25,738 nucleotides of DNA from a virus. Lineage: Duplodnaviria; Caudoviricetes. The stretch covers positions 1 to 25,738 of the IMG/VR virus record IMGVR_UViG_3300030328_002416; one strand, written 5' to 3'. Below, piece by piece: positions 11,701 through 18,687 of this stretch. Position 1 is the stretch's first letter. Every line of letters begins with the position of its first letter. A program made the position numbers and the translations under genes. The notes beneath the pieces were generated by a model. It had not been told where the DNA came from, ran no database searches, and saw nothing but the letters and a program-made list of their open reading frames with translations.

Positions 11701-11881
11701 CTGTATATACTGCTAATCTTTTATCTAATGTTGGATATGCTTTAGCTATAGATAATATTTTTTCTGCTAACTCAGGCGTAATGCTTCTTCTAAAAGAATT
11801 TATTTGTTCGTTATTTAAAGAATTAAAAGATGCTAAAGATTCTTTGTGTAATGGTAAATTAAAATTTGTGCGGTAATACAT
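5789..11881 (-). CDS. Very large (2030 aa) probable internal virion/DNA ejection protein
   Basis: Size, helical A/K/E-rich composition and context resemble the largest podovirus ejection proteins; no catalytic motif recognised. Confidence 0.6.
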   Translation of the reverse strand: MYYRTNFNLPLHKESLASFNSLNNEQINSFRRSITPELAEKILSIAKAYPTLDKRLAVYTGLYGLEADDDLILRLAQKQQKALEKQQRSVRQSQVGWGKRATQLGFLALDAPFQNISQNFKSTVVAAQETGMPVGKAVAKNLLTAFSPSVESSDAARESLLGEEFAKTYRATKEAYGPTEWRRAREQQKAGNPLNLGTGILPNSMDLQDTEVYRKEIKLGKTPLEAYTIAEQTYGKPITDEFEKDEYRYKYTTPQGERVPISPGRVVAGQFSKEGDISYALTSTIIDGAFRLGADPINILLGYGSGIKTAARSVVTQAAVDDFVRNTPTIARALKTLKPTKGGREARALTFGKTANQILDTKWGDEFVDAMTQNTSVARLRMIPGFKKLDPRVLDYLAKVGDKNIMRESLRSLMRQGDFSELMIAPYSGAFVGDEIRLAAQNAPLTKLPMRKSLVGEASDALAKRLGGSTDVAPLRRTVGAFMGKMKNDPFAGLVGMGSQLMYSLPLKTRRLFDLAPDKYAAVTQIAETVNNIEGSLIAMGEKETLRDLYIKEILESKNQQDVVNVVEKLNERIAKFVVKNNPDLAEDPDALEEMIRVSKVVSNTLETKKYFYDADGVALSFPGTKIEYLADAVQKADGTFQSKTVAAPTALTMSQFAEHFVPLIDYQQLAKAGKRFNRLVGPSGSRLKSVMWHDPKASAFSKINQQFFKVPRKAFVPDPSRGGRVSLSPPGNVDYVYNDIVMQRVLKPSWMLRLALALRVPPEESVRLAYYGGPNVFSHPVLLTSLKSDIGRKGKTVVQMQGSLGEQFMATRLYNEEAEMLAEMIGNKDLVNSITNLKYEQIEKSIKHLRLNVNAAGEVGDSYLASFLRGDNMTDYAFDEIIGELPKLKKQKVTDRNVRLMAEDIMKWDLDDIENAVLKIDGTTLEGAAVSVAPYKSLKTTIDKAEEGFQQTIEQYLSQPNVMKALQKENHVLQVTRNFAGDVTQGEALVPPTLIDLNVGIVNKTVNNMTFQQAKDTLINSLSIAIKSHERYVYPTKAMVEALSKQEKLYKLIDLRGQIPRIRIYDGIDNINIDSVVKKEILEAMFESNFNTAKLIMKKKGGYAQAAPSGTIFNGDPMYIQAQSNQTLLQRFLPGKNRKSKDEMYLMAKKHKNTGSDVIQEEWWYGFIEDLFSVTKDPAYVIVARDGVENAVEYFTKNINGKQYIQDLIKQSDEPEIRRILEKESELKKWLQAINYDIARLQGNPSRKIRRGNRGISQRQAREIIHNAEGEMILPDYEADLSLGSQQVKEFIANSGFLNGEDWLELAQKHAVLNNRTRSYYGKFYKKVKKAFNEDIVVNGLGPREQAYLKSGYDFNRGATYESTMEKWDKVLEAGYRNLLAKPSDWLNRDPMFRWSFYTEAPNFIPTFDEKTTKEFLVGAKPWIEGSQMWDDIVRASKIPKIKEEVSVTSLEQAEQLLKYKALENVKDLLYASSDRHVLSDVMATYVPFPEIWQEVAKTWGKLTIDNPQKFNRTRITIDAGKESKPWDTHNAFFETDPVTGELMFNWVDVANVMTFGVASIPGQMGFAPVQSALLGEDLRDEGVKVRPYGFLEGLNLVAANGFSPGFGPNVQMAYKLFTKYFPTPKFLDNFILGNFNAPGGGFNIADELPGWAKDIILKQPFMGDGAASEEMEASVAATVMDIYTMYYYAGKWTPDDTESQKAALIEAMDAASKHWIIRGMAKGAFPTAIQPRYELKDKNGTWWGIQVLAQKYQQMLENNDFDYFVTSQQFITRFGINPIPLRQATTEKKGRFPARKESFKFWQQTENKQLIEEYPQTAIYIKMDSWDDEFSYPAFLEGSETLDPQDYRRALQQTLLQFELEEYRQDLVNDPSMTDSARREAYTSKKNKLVDEYKMIPYGNIGNAIIRAEQDYVMQEFRMWEDNEILKNSAEYKPLKLFLDKYDEAINVVLNGGTFTVGDESYTVYGSGVKNKTAANLKGSNENTAAIRILLDKYARQLANEYKDTNFIDMYLGNFWKELDNRRYEKDF

Positions 11882-12276
11882 TACGCATCTAACAATTCAT
11901 CCCATATTGGGTCAGGAAATTCTAATTTAGCAGCTTGAATAAAGTTATTTACTGTATCTGTTCCCATGTTTAATCCACCATTGTCTCCTGCACCTAATGG
12001 TATACCTGAAGTAACTGGTTCATTTGGTTTCATTGTTGCTGCACCTAAATTTACAGGTGAAGGTGGCATCATAGGTGCTGCGTTTCCTAAACTAGCATCT
12101 GTTGGATTACTTACAGCGTCTACTTGCGTTTGTAAATCTTTTGTTTGTCCAAATGAATCACCGTCTGCTTGTGGAGGTACAACAATATCTGCATAAGCTC
12201 CACCACCTGTCATATCAGTTGCTTCAGTTAATGCAGAATTTCTTCTGCCTCTATTGAATTTCGCCACGTAACTCAT
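11881..12276 (-). CDS. Pro/Gly-rich hypothetical protein downstream of portal
   Basis: ORF coupled to both neighbours; AGGAG abuts the ATG, so the true start may be GTG at 12267. Confidence 0.7.
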   Translation of the reverse strand: MSYVAKFNRGRRNSALTEATDMTGGGAYADIVVPPQADGDSFGQTKDLQTQVDAVSNPTDASLGNAAPMMPPSPVNLGAATMKPNEPVTSGIPLGAGDNGGLNMGTDTVNNFIQAAKLEFPDPIWDELLDA

Positions 12277-12472
12277 CTCCTAACTCTGGATTAAATTCAT
12301 AATCAAATTGTATATTTATAAAAACATCAGGATGAGGTGTAGGTAATGTAATAAAATTTGTCATCATTATTCTTGATTCTTGTATTTCTGCATCTCCTGT
12401 AAATGCATCAGTATTCCAATCTTCTTGGTTAATCATATCCATAAATTTAACTAACACTTCTTGTTCATCCAC
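12251..12472 (-). CDS. Small acidic hypothetical protein (73 aa)
   Basis: GTG start overlapping the portal end; AAGGAGG upstream. Confidence 0.65.
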   Translation of the reverse strand: MDEQEVLVKFMDMINQEDWNTDAFTGDAEIQESRIMMTNFITLPTPHPDVFINIQFDYEFNPELGDELRGEIQ

Positions 12473-14234
12473 TAGGAGGTCCTCCTTGTTGTCCTAAAGC
12501 TCCTATGACTTGCTCTATTCCAGGTAATCCACCTCCAGGTCCTGTAGGAATTTGTGGTCCACCCATTCCCATCATTGCTAATTCTTCAGGAGTTGGTTCT
12601 TCACCTTCTGATGTATAAAACTTATCTAATATTTCTGACATTTTTGAAGGATTTTTTCTTATCTCTATAGCAGCCATTGTAGCTTGTGGATTTCCTTCTG
12701 CAGCTTGTGCCATAAGAGATTCAAATAAAACTGTTTCTGCTTTTTCTGCATTTATTCTTTGTTGAATCTTTGTTATATTATCTAACCCATCCATATTTTC
12801 TTGTAATGTTTGAGTATCAATAATACCTTGTTGTTTTAATTGCAGTCCTGTTATTATTTTTTGCGGTTCATCAAATCCTGCCATTACACCATACACTCTT
12901 CGTGTTGTGTAAAATTGTTTTATATCAGATTGTGGAGAATATGTTTCTTTATAAGCAGTGCCTTTATGATAACCTGCCATAGGTTTTCTTACACCTGAAA
13001 ACATTTCTTCATCATATTCTAATCTTTTTGCATCTAGTTCTTGTATAGCATCTGCTAAAACAGTTTGATATTCTCTAACATGCAATGATGCTGATGTACC
13101 AAGTTCTTCTAATCCTCTACCTGTAACAAATGAATTTGGAGATTGTCCGTCATCAGATACAGGATAAGCTGCTCCTAGTCGTAAATGTCTTTCTAATCTA
13201 TCTACTTGTTGAAATAATTGATACGGTAAATTGTTAACAGGTTTTGATACATTTGAACCTGGTGCTAAGTAGTTAACTGCATATCTACCTTTTCTATATT
13301 TACCTGATTCTATTTCACCAACAATATTGGTTTCTGTAAATACAGCATCTTCCATAGCAATAGTTCCAAGAATATTAATCTTTGCCATGTTAGCCATAAG
13401 TCCTGTAATGTGTTGGAACTGACTTTGTAGTTGGTCAAAAGCATATCTTTTAGCAACTACAAAACAAGGACCTGACTTTAAAGGGTTAGGCATAAAATCT
13501 ATAATTTTTTTATTTTCAGGTAAAAATACGTATGTTCCTTCTTCATCTCTATACTCAACTACAACTTTTCCATCACCATTTGAGTAAGACCAATTATTCA
13601 TTTTTTCACCGTAACCTAATAATGCTGAATACGGTGATACTTCGTCATCTGTATTTCTTGCAAAAATATGGCTTTTAGCTTTAGGATATTGTTCCGCAAG
13701 TATTTTATGTGGAACTCTTGTAATTATTGCTAATTCTTTTGGTTGTTGGTCATTTCCAAAATATCCAGGATAACATGTAAAAGTATCTCTTAATTCTGCA
13801 TGAGGATAAGGATTACCATCTTTATCTCTTCTATGTCCTATAGTCCAAACAACAAAACCATAACCAGGTAGCCATCTACCAACTTGTGGTAATTGCATAT
13901 TTAATTTTGAATATTTGTCATACGCCATGACAATACGTTCTAGTTTTTCAGATTTCTTTTTTGCACGTTGTGAATCATTTTCGTTCATTATATCTACTTT
14001 TAAATCAGGACTTCTACCTAATTTTTGTGCAAATCTATCTAAAGCTGTTAAAAATAAATTAGGTGCTGGTAATTGATGATATTCAACATTAGCTCCATCA
14101 CCCAATAAGGCTTTAACTCCAGCTTCTCCACCATTCATAATGTCTCTTACACGTGACCTATCAAGAAGATTGTCTCTATTAATTATTCTTAGGTAATCAA
14201 TTTTATCGTATAATTTATCGCTATTTAAAGGCAT
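12465..14234 (-). CDS. Portal protein (head-tail connector)
   Basis: 589 aa immediately downstream of the terminase; size and Gly/Pro/Met-rich C-terminal tail typical of podovirus-like portals. Confidence 0.8.
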   Translation of the reverse strand: MPLNSDKLYDKIDYLRIINRDNLLDRSRVRDIMNGGEAGVKALLGDGANVEYHQLPAPNLFLTALDRFAQKLGRSPDLKVDIMNENDSQRAKKKSEKLERIVMAYDKYSKLNMQLPQVGRWLPGYGFVVWTIGHRRDKDGNPYPHAELRDTFTCYPGYFGNDQQPKELAIITRVPHKILAEQYPKAKSHIFARNTDDEVSPYSALLGYGEKMNNWSYSNGDGKVVVEYRDEEGTYVFLPENKKIIDFMPNPLKSGPCFVVAKRYAFDQLQSQFQHITGLMANMAKINILGTIAMEDAVFTETNIVGEIESGKYRKGRYAVNYLAPGSNVSKPVNNLPYQLFQQVDRLERHLRLGAAYPVSDDGQSPNSFVTGRGLEELGTSASLHVREYQTVLADAIQELDAKRLEYDEEMFSGVRKPMAGYHKGTAYKETYSPQSDIKQFYTTRRVYGVMAGFDEPQKIITGLQLKQQGIIDTQTLQENMDGLDNITKIQQRINAEKAETVLFESLMAQAAEGNPQATMAAIEIRKNPSKMSEILDKFYTSEGEEPTPEELAMMGMGGPQIPTGPGGGLPGIEQVIGALGQQGGPPSG

Positions 14235-16151
14235 CTATCTCCAATTATCTATATCAATACTACTAGGTTCGTACCCTGAAAAGCTAGGATTATAATCGTA
14301 CCCTAATTCAGCAAAACGTTCTTTTTGCATACGTCTTATCGCTTTCATAGGAAACCAACTAGCCATAACTATATCAGTCTTTGTACCTATTGACTTACTT
14401 TTAGTTTTTGCAGAACTAAAATAAACCAACTGACTCGTATATAAGTTTACCTTTTCTTGAGCTTCAAATCCTAAATATGGCAAAGAAATTTTATTTTCAG
14501 TAAATAATGGTCTCATAGCAGTAACACCAAATATTGGGTCAAATTTATTGTTGTGAGTTTCGTGTCCTTCTAAAAATATACCATGAGTCGAAGCAAAATC
14601 TCTAATACTTCTATCTTGTCTTATTGCTTTTTGAAAACCGTTTTCTTCAATAACCCAATGTGATAAATTATATTTCATCCACCATTCTTTAATTACACTT
14701 AATGCTTGTGGAATACCTCCTCCTAAAGAGTTGTTCATATCTACCATATGTAAAACATTTTTATCAACATCAATAGCCCATAAAAAAGCAGCCTGATAAC
14801 CTGTTGATGCAGGGTCTAAACCTGCAATAAGTCTAGTTCCAGGTGGTACTTTTCCTATATCTCTACCTTGGTCTCTACATGCTTCTATTTCTACTCTATC
14901 AAATAATGCAAGTCCTTCAGGCATAGCAACATTAAGATAAACCATTTCATATATCGCTCTACCACCTGTAGTTTCTGCAGCACGTTTTCTATCCATTAAC
15001 CATTTGTGTGTTCTCTTAGAACCCCATAACATACAATCTGTATGCTCCATTTCTTCAGGTAATGTACAAGCTGTATCGTGTGCTTCCTCTATTGTTGTTG
15101 TCCAACTTTCGTTTTCAGACAAATGAGAATATAAATCGTCATAGTGCTGTCTTGAACCAATAACTACAATAGCTGTATGTTCCTCTTTTCTACTTGATAA
15201 TGTTGTAGTCCACCAATTTCTTGTATTTTCTCTACTAGATGGTTGCATAGTAGAACTGTGGTCTTCAATGTCATCTGCAATAATTATGTCACAGTCTCTT
15301 GAAAGTATCTTACCGCCACGTCCTAATCCAACCATTGTCGGACTTTTAATTCCTGTAACAGTTCTTGTTCCTACAGTAAATCCACTTTGTGACCAGGCTT
15401 TACCTGTACGTGAAGTTGGTTTAAATTTTTCTCCAGGTCCACAAAACTCTTCTATTAATAATTCATTACTTTCTAGTTGGTCAAGAACAGAGCTAACTGC
15501 GTTCTTAGATATTTCCTCATTACCTCCAACCCAAAGTATTCTTACATTTGGATTTTTACAAATTAACCATACAGCAAAGTGTATTAATAAATCTGTTTTA
15601 CCATGACGAGGCGGTGATAGTATCATATGCTGTCCACCTTCTTCAATAGTTTCTAAAATTTGTTCTATCCATTTAATATGAAAATCAGGTGTTTCATACG
15701 CTACACCTTGTTCAGTTTGAAAATATCTTTCTCTAAAGTCACTAAAGTCTGATAATGTTTTTTCTGCTACTTGAGGTAATGACCATTTATCTTGTGCTTT
15801 TTCTAATTCTAAATCTTCAACATAAGCAGAGTAGGCCATAGATACTGCTCCATCAGTTGTTTCTAATATCTTTGCTACACCTTTAATTGTATTTTTCTTT
15901 TCTAATATTTCCTGGGCTAAACCTGATTCAACAATGTCATCATAAACCTTACCTCTTCTTGATTGCACATTTGTTTTTTGACTAGGTATAACTAATGTAT
16001 CTTCTTCTTGTTCCCAATCAAGACCTGCTTTTTTAGCACGTTTTTTCTGCATGTTAATTCTATTAGAACATCTGTCACTACAGTATTTTTTTCTGCTTTT
16101 AGGAAGAGGTCTATGACATCCTGCAGCGTAACATAATTTATTTTTTGCCAT
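14235..16151 (-). CDS. terL: Terminase large subunit with N-terminal Zn-finger and HTH-like extension
   Basis: Walker A SPPRHGKT, Walker B IIIADD, coupling motif IGSR, RNase H-like nuclease GLDPA...IEEN...DIVMA; N-terminus CYAAGC...KYCSDRC. Confidence 0.93.
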   Translation of the reverse strand: MAKNKLCYAAGCHRPLPKSRKKYCSDRCSNRINMQKKRAKKAGLDWEQEEDTLVIPSQKTNVQSRRGKVYDDIVESGLAQEILEKKNTIKGVAKILETTDGAVSMAYSAYVEDLELEKAQDKWSLPQVAEKTLSDFSDFRERYFQTEQGVAYETPDFHIKWIEQILETIEEGGQHMILSPPRHGKTDLLIHFAVWLICKNPNVRILWVGGNEEISKNAVSSVLDQLESNELLIEEFCGPGEKFKPTSRTGKAWSQSGFTVGTRTVTGIKSPTMVGLGRGGKILSRDCDIIIADDIEDHSSTMQPSSRENTRNWWTTTLSSRKEEHTAIVVIGSRQHYDDLYSHLSENESWTTTIEEAHDTACTLPEEMEHTDCMLWGSKRTHKWLMDRKRAAETTGGRAIYEMVYLNVAMPEGLALFDRVEIEACRDQGRDIGKVPPGTRLIAGLDPASTGYQAAFLWAIDVDKNVLHMVDMNNSLGGGIPQALSVIKEWWMKYNLSHWVIEENGFQKAIRQDRSIRDFASTHGIFLEGHETHNNKFDPIFGVTAMRPLFTENKISLPYLGFEAQEKVNLYTSQLVYFSSAKTKSKSIGTKTDIVMASWFPMKAIRRMQKERFAELGYDYNPSFSGYEPSSIDIDNWR

Positions 16152-16236
16152 AATTTTTACATTCCTTATTTAGGCATTTCATTTTCTTGCTAGGTAATAA
16201 CACTCCACCACATAATTGGCAAGTAATTTTTATCAA
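16138..16236 (-). CDS. 32-aa Cys4 Zn-ribbon micro-protein
   Basis: TTG start: MIKITCQLCGGVLLPSKKMKCLNKECKNYGKK; fills the gap and overlaps the terL start. Confidence 0.55.
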   Translation of the reverse strand: MIKITCQLCGGVLLPSKKMKCLNKECKNYGKK

Positions 16237-16238
16237 AA

Positions 16239-16307
16239 CTAAGAGTTCTTCTTACTAATCCTCTTAGAAGGGTATCTCTTTTTCTTTCCTTTTTTCGTGT
16301 ACGGCAT
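16239..16307 (-). CDS. 22-aa highly basic micro-protein
   Basis: AAGGAG-5nt-ATG; MPYTKKGKKKRYPSKRISKKNS. Confidence 0.65.
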   Translation of the reverse strand: MPYTKKGKKKRYPSKRISKKNS

Positions 16308-16426
16308 ATTATCTCCTTTTTCTTTATGATAACACAAAACTGCACCGAAGTGCAGTTCTGTCGTACAGTGTCATATACTTTTACTTATATGGCGTCTCCC
16401 CAGACGCATTTTTATATTAGTACAAT

Positions 16427-18007
16427 TTATTTTATATCGTTGTCAAAAACTAAAGTTCCTAATTCATCAGCTCTCAATATTAATCTTCCAACAAGTTCTA
16501 CACATTGAGGAACTACTGCGTTACCTAAAGCTGTTAATTTTTCTTTTCTTCCTTCATAATTTTCCATGGACCTGGGCATACCGACTTCCCACATGTCATA
16601 GTTTTCATCAAAATAAACTTTAGGGTCTTCACTTAATTGTTTCTTAGGATTGTTTCCTTCAAGGATTCTTTTTATAGAAGGTCTTTCAGAGCTTGTTAAA
16701 GGTGTTCCAAATTTATGTTTGTTGCCTTTCCATTCAAAAGATTCAAGAGTTGTCATTTCTTTATCGTATTTAACTTCCGATAAAAAAGGTTTTATTTTAT
16801 TCCAATCTTCTATATTTGGATAACTGAATCCTGAAGTATCATATCTAAACCAATGTTCTATAGTAGATTTTTTTATATCTGTCTTTTCAGATAGTTCTTT
16901 TATAGAAGTGATACTTCTTAAATAATCTACAAAGATTTTCTGTTCAGGTAAGTCAGGTCTTTTCATCATTATGTGGTCTTTATATTTTTCAAATAGTTTA
17001 GGATTATTTTTTATATCATCCATAGCTATTTGGTCAGCTAATGTTATTTGTACAGATTCACCTGACGCTCTAGTATCTTTTCCTTGTAGTAACTTAGTTG
17101 CGTGTTTTAAAGCATCTTCTTTTTTATCTGCTGTTGTTGGAGTTCTCCAATTATTTATATTGCCTGTCCATACATTAAGTAAACCTAATCTAGCCATCCA
17201 TCTGGAAAACCCATAAGCCGTGCTACCCATCCATAGTTCAGCCTCTTCCCTATCAGCCCTGGATTGTTCTCTCCCATATCCTGTTCCAATGTTGAGCCGT
17301 GCTTCCCTGCTTTCACTGACGGAGCTTGTTTGTTTATTGGTTTCGTTGCTTGACTTGCTCTTGGAGTTGAGTACTGAGTTATCTTTGGATTCTCCCTCAG
17401 ATTTCCTGTTGACTTTCTCTTGGACTTCCTCTCCTTGTCGCCTCTGTATAGTACGTTCTCCAATGCTTCCCCTGTCCTCGGATTCAAGTGGTCCATTGTG
17501 TTCGGTGTCTCCCAATGTTCCAACTCCGAAGAATCTTTTTCTAAGGTGTGCTGCACCAACTGTTCTTGCTGATATAATTTGCCATTCAAATCTATAGCTC
17601 CTGCTCTCGGCAATATCTTTGATAACTCTTTCAAAGGCTTTCCCTTTGTTTGCTGTAAATATTCCTGGGACATTTTCCAAGATAAAGTATTTCGGTCGAA
17701 GTACATCAATAAATCTCCATACTTCATCCCATAACCATCTTTCATCTTTAACTCCTTTCCTCGAACCTGCCACAGATACAGGCTGACACGGAAATCCTGC
17801 AGTCAACACATCTATCTCTGGTAAGTCCAAAGGATTTACTTCTTCTACTCTTTTATTTATTACTAATGTATTTGGAAAATTTTTTCTTAATATAGAACAG
17901 CAGTATTCGTCCATCTCTATCATCCATTCTGAAGAGGTAGCTAGTCCAGACCGTTCTAGTCCGTACTCTAATCCACCGATACCACTAAATAAACTTCCTA
18001 TTCTCAT
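16427..18007 (-). CDS. DNA (cytosine-5) methyltransferase, alpha chain (motifs I-VIII and X) with inserted TRD-like/HTH segment
   Basis: Motif I FSGIGG, IV GFPCQ, VI ENV, VIII AHLRKRFF, X LGNAVVPQ; no motif IX in this frame. Confidence 0.93.
   Translation of the reverse strand: MRIGSLFSGIGGLEYGLERSGLATSSEWMIEMDEYCCSILRKNFPNTLVINKRVEEVNPLDLPEIDVLTAGFPCQPVSVAGSRKGVKDERWLWDEVWRFIDVLRPKYFILENVPGIFTANKGKAFERVIKDIAESRSYRFEWQIISARTVGAAHLRKRFFGVGTLGDTEHNGPLESEDRGSIGERTIQRRQGEEVQEKVNRKSEGESKDNSVLNSKSKSSNETNKQTSSVSESREARLNIGTGYGREQSRADREEAELWMGSTAYGFSRWMARLGLLNVWTGNINNWRTPTTADKKEDALKHATKLLQGKDTRASGESVQITLADQIAMDDIKNNPKLFEKYKDHIMMKRPDLPEQKIFVDYLRSITSIKELSEKTDIKKSTIEHWFRYDTSGFSYPNIEDWNKIKPFLSEVKYDKEMTTLESFEWKGNKHKFGTPLTSSERPSIKRILEGNNPKKQLSEDPKVYFDENYDMWEVGMPRSMENYEGRKEKLTALGNAVVPQCVELVGRLILRADELGTLVFDNDIK
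17185..17745 (-). CDS. Nested +1-frame beta chain of the C5 methyltransferase (TRD-like modules plus motif IX)
   Basis: GAAAGGAG 6 nt before ATG 17745; ends GKRLNYGWVARLMGFPDGW, which is motif IX; same arrangement as M.EcoHK31I. Confidence 0.85.
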   Translation of the reverse strand: MKDGYGMKYGDLLMYFDRNTLSWKMSQEYLQQTKGKPLKELSKILPRAGAIDLNGKLYQQEQLVQHTLEKDSSELEHWETPNTMDHLNPRTGEALENVLYRGDKERKSKRKSTGNLRENPKITQYSTPRASQATKPINKQAPSVKAGKHGSTLEQDMGENNPGLIGKRLNYGWVARLMGFPDGWLD

Positions 18008-18045
18008 TGTATATTAAATATACCTGGATTAGAAAATAGGTGTGT

Positions 18046-18180
18046 AAAAAAAATTTTTTTTCTTAGGTTTCCTAAAACGACTAACCCTCACTTGCGTGAG
18101 GGCTTATATAGCGTCCTATAGTGTCGTTCAATCAGAAAGGAGGATGCAATGAATAAAGAATTATTTCTTGCAACCTATGG
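18046..18180 (-). ncRNA. Candidate small structured RNA (three-way junction, anti-SD tract)
   Basis: AACGAC/GTCGTT (18076-81/18123-28) closes hairpins CCCTCAC-GCAA-GTGAGGG and TATAG-GACG-CTATA; followed by TTAGG/CCTAA hairpin and U8; CCTCCTTTCT upstream. Confidence 0.45.
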
Positions 18181-18198
18181 GTCAATAATAACATAAAC

Positions 18199-18227
18199 TT
18201 GTAAAAAGAAAACATCTGTGGTAACTT
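18199..18227 (+). promoter_or_regulatory. Sigma70-type promoter
   Basis: TTGTAA-17 nt-TAACTT with extended TGn; predicted start ~18234. Confidence 0.55.
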
Positions 18228-18233
18228 TATTCT

Positions 18234-18460
18234 AACAATCAGAGTGTTCTTCCTGCTTTTAGAAAAGGATTCTTGATTATTAACTTTCAATAAAGTGGCT
18301 TAGCAGGTCCATGGTAACTAGGGTTAAAGCCTATTACTTCATAATATAAAATAAGTCATAAATAGATTTGTTATCGGTTTGGGAGGGATGACACAGGGTA
18401 AGTAGTAGCTCAAGGTCTACTCTATTTAGATAACACTAAAATAAAAAGAACACTTCTTTT
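18234..18460 (+). ncRNA. Candidate ~225-nt structured ncRNA
   Basis: Closing stem AGTGTTCTT/AAGAACACT, several internal helices, upstream promoter, no credible ORF. Confidence 0.55.
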
Positions 18461-18480
18461 ACTAGCCTATTCTAGGTACA

Positions 18481-18687
18481 CCACTATATATAGTACCACT
18501 ACATATTGTACCCTTAGTTAACAGCATATTCTTAGAGGGTATACATATATACGAGACGCCGCCCCACATTGAACCCCAGCCTTGAAAGCCAGGGAAAATC
18601 ACCTGGTTAAGCAACACAGAGATTTCCTATCTTGCTACATACATACTATATATTGTGTAGTTATGGCACACATACATCATGTTGTGT
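18481..18687. promoter_or_regulatory. Four NrdR-box-like palindromes
   Basis: CCACTATATATAGTAC (18481), CCACTACATATTGTAC (18496), ATACTATATATTGTGT (18643), ATACATCATGTTGTGT (18672) versus consensus acaCwAtATaTwGtgt. Confidence 0.6.

Noticed and set aside
3991-15606. Plus-strand ORFs 3991, 4777, 7197, 8265, 11966 and 15268
   Set aside because: Antisense shadows of long minus-strand genes; S/L/F-rich, no motifs
16590-17180. Intein or homing endonuclease as the methyltransferase insert
   Set aside because: No C/S...HN splice junctions, LAGLIDADG or HNH motif
16326-17597. Plus-strand ORFs 16326, 16971 and 17220
   Set aside because: Antisense to the methyltransferase with no motif, unlike the same-strand nested beta ORF
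18060-18130. tRNA-like fold
   Set aside because: Only two internal arms; no T-loop (TTCG), D-loop or CCA signature
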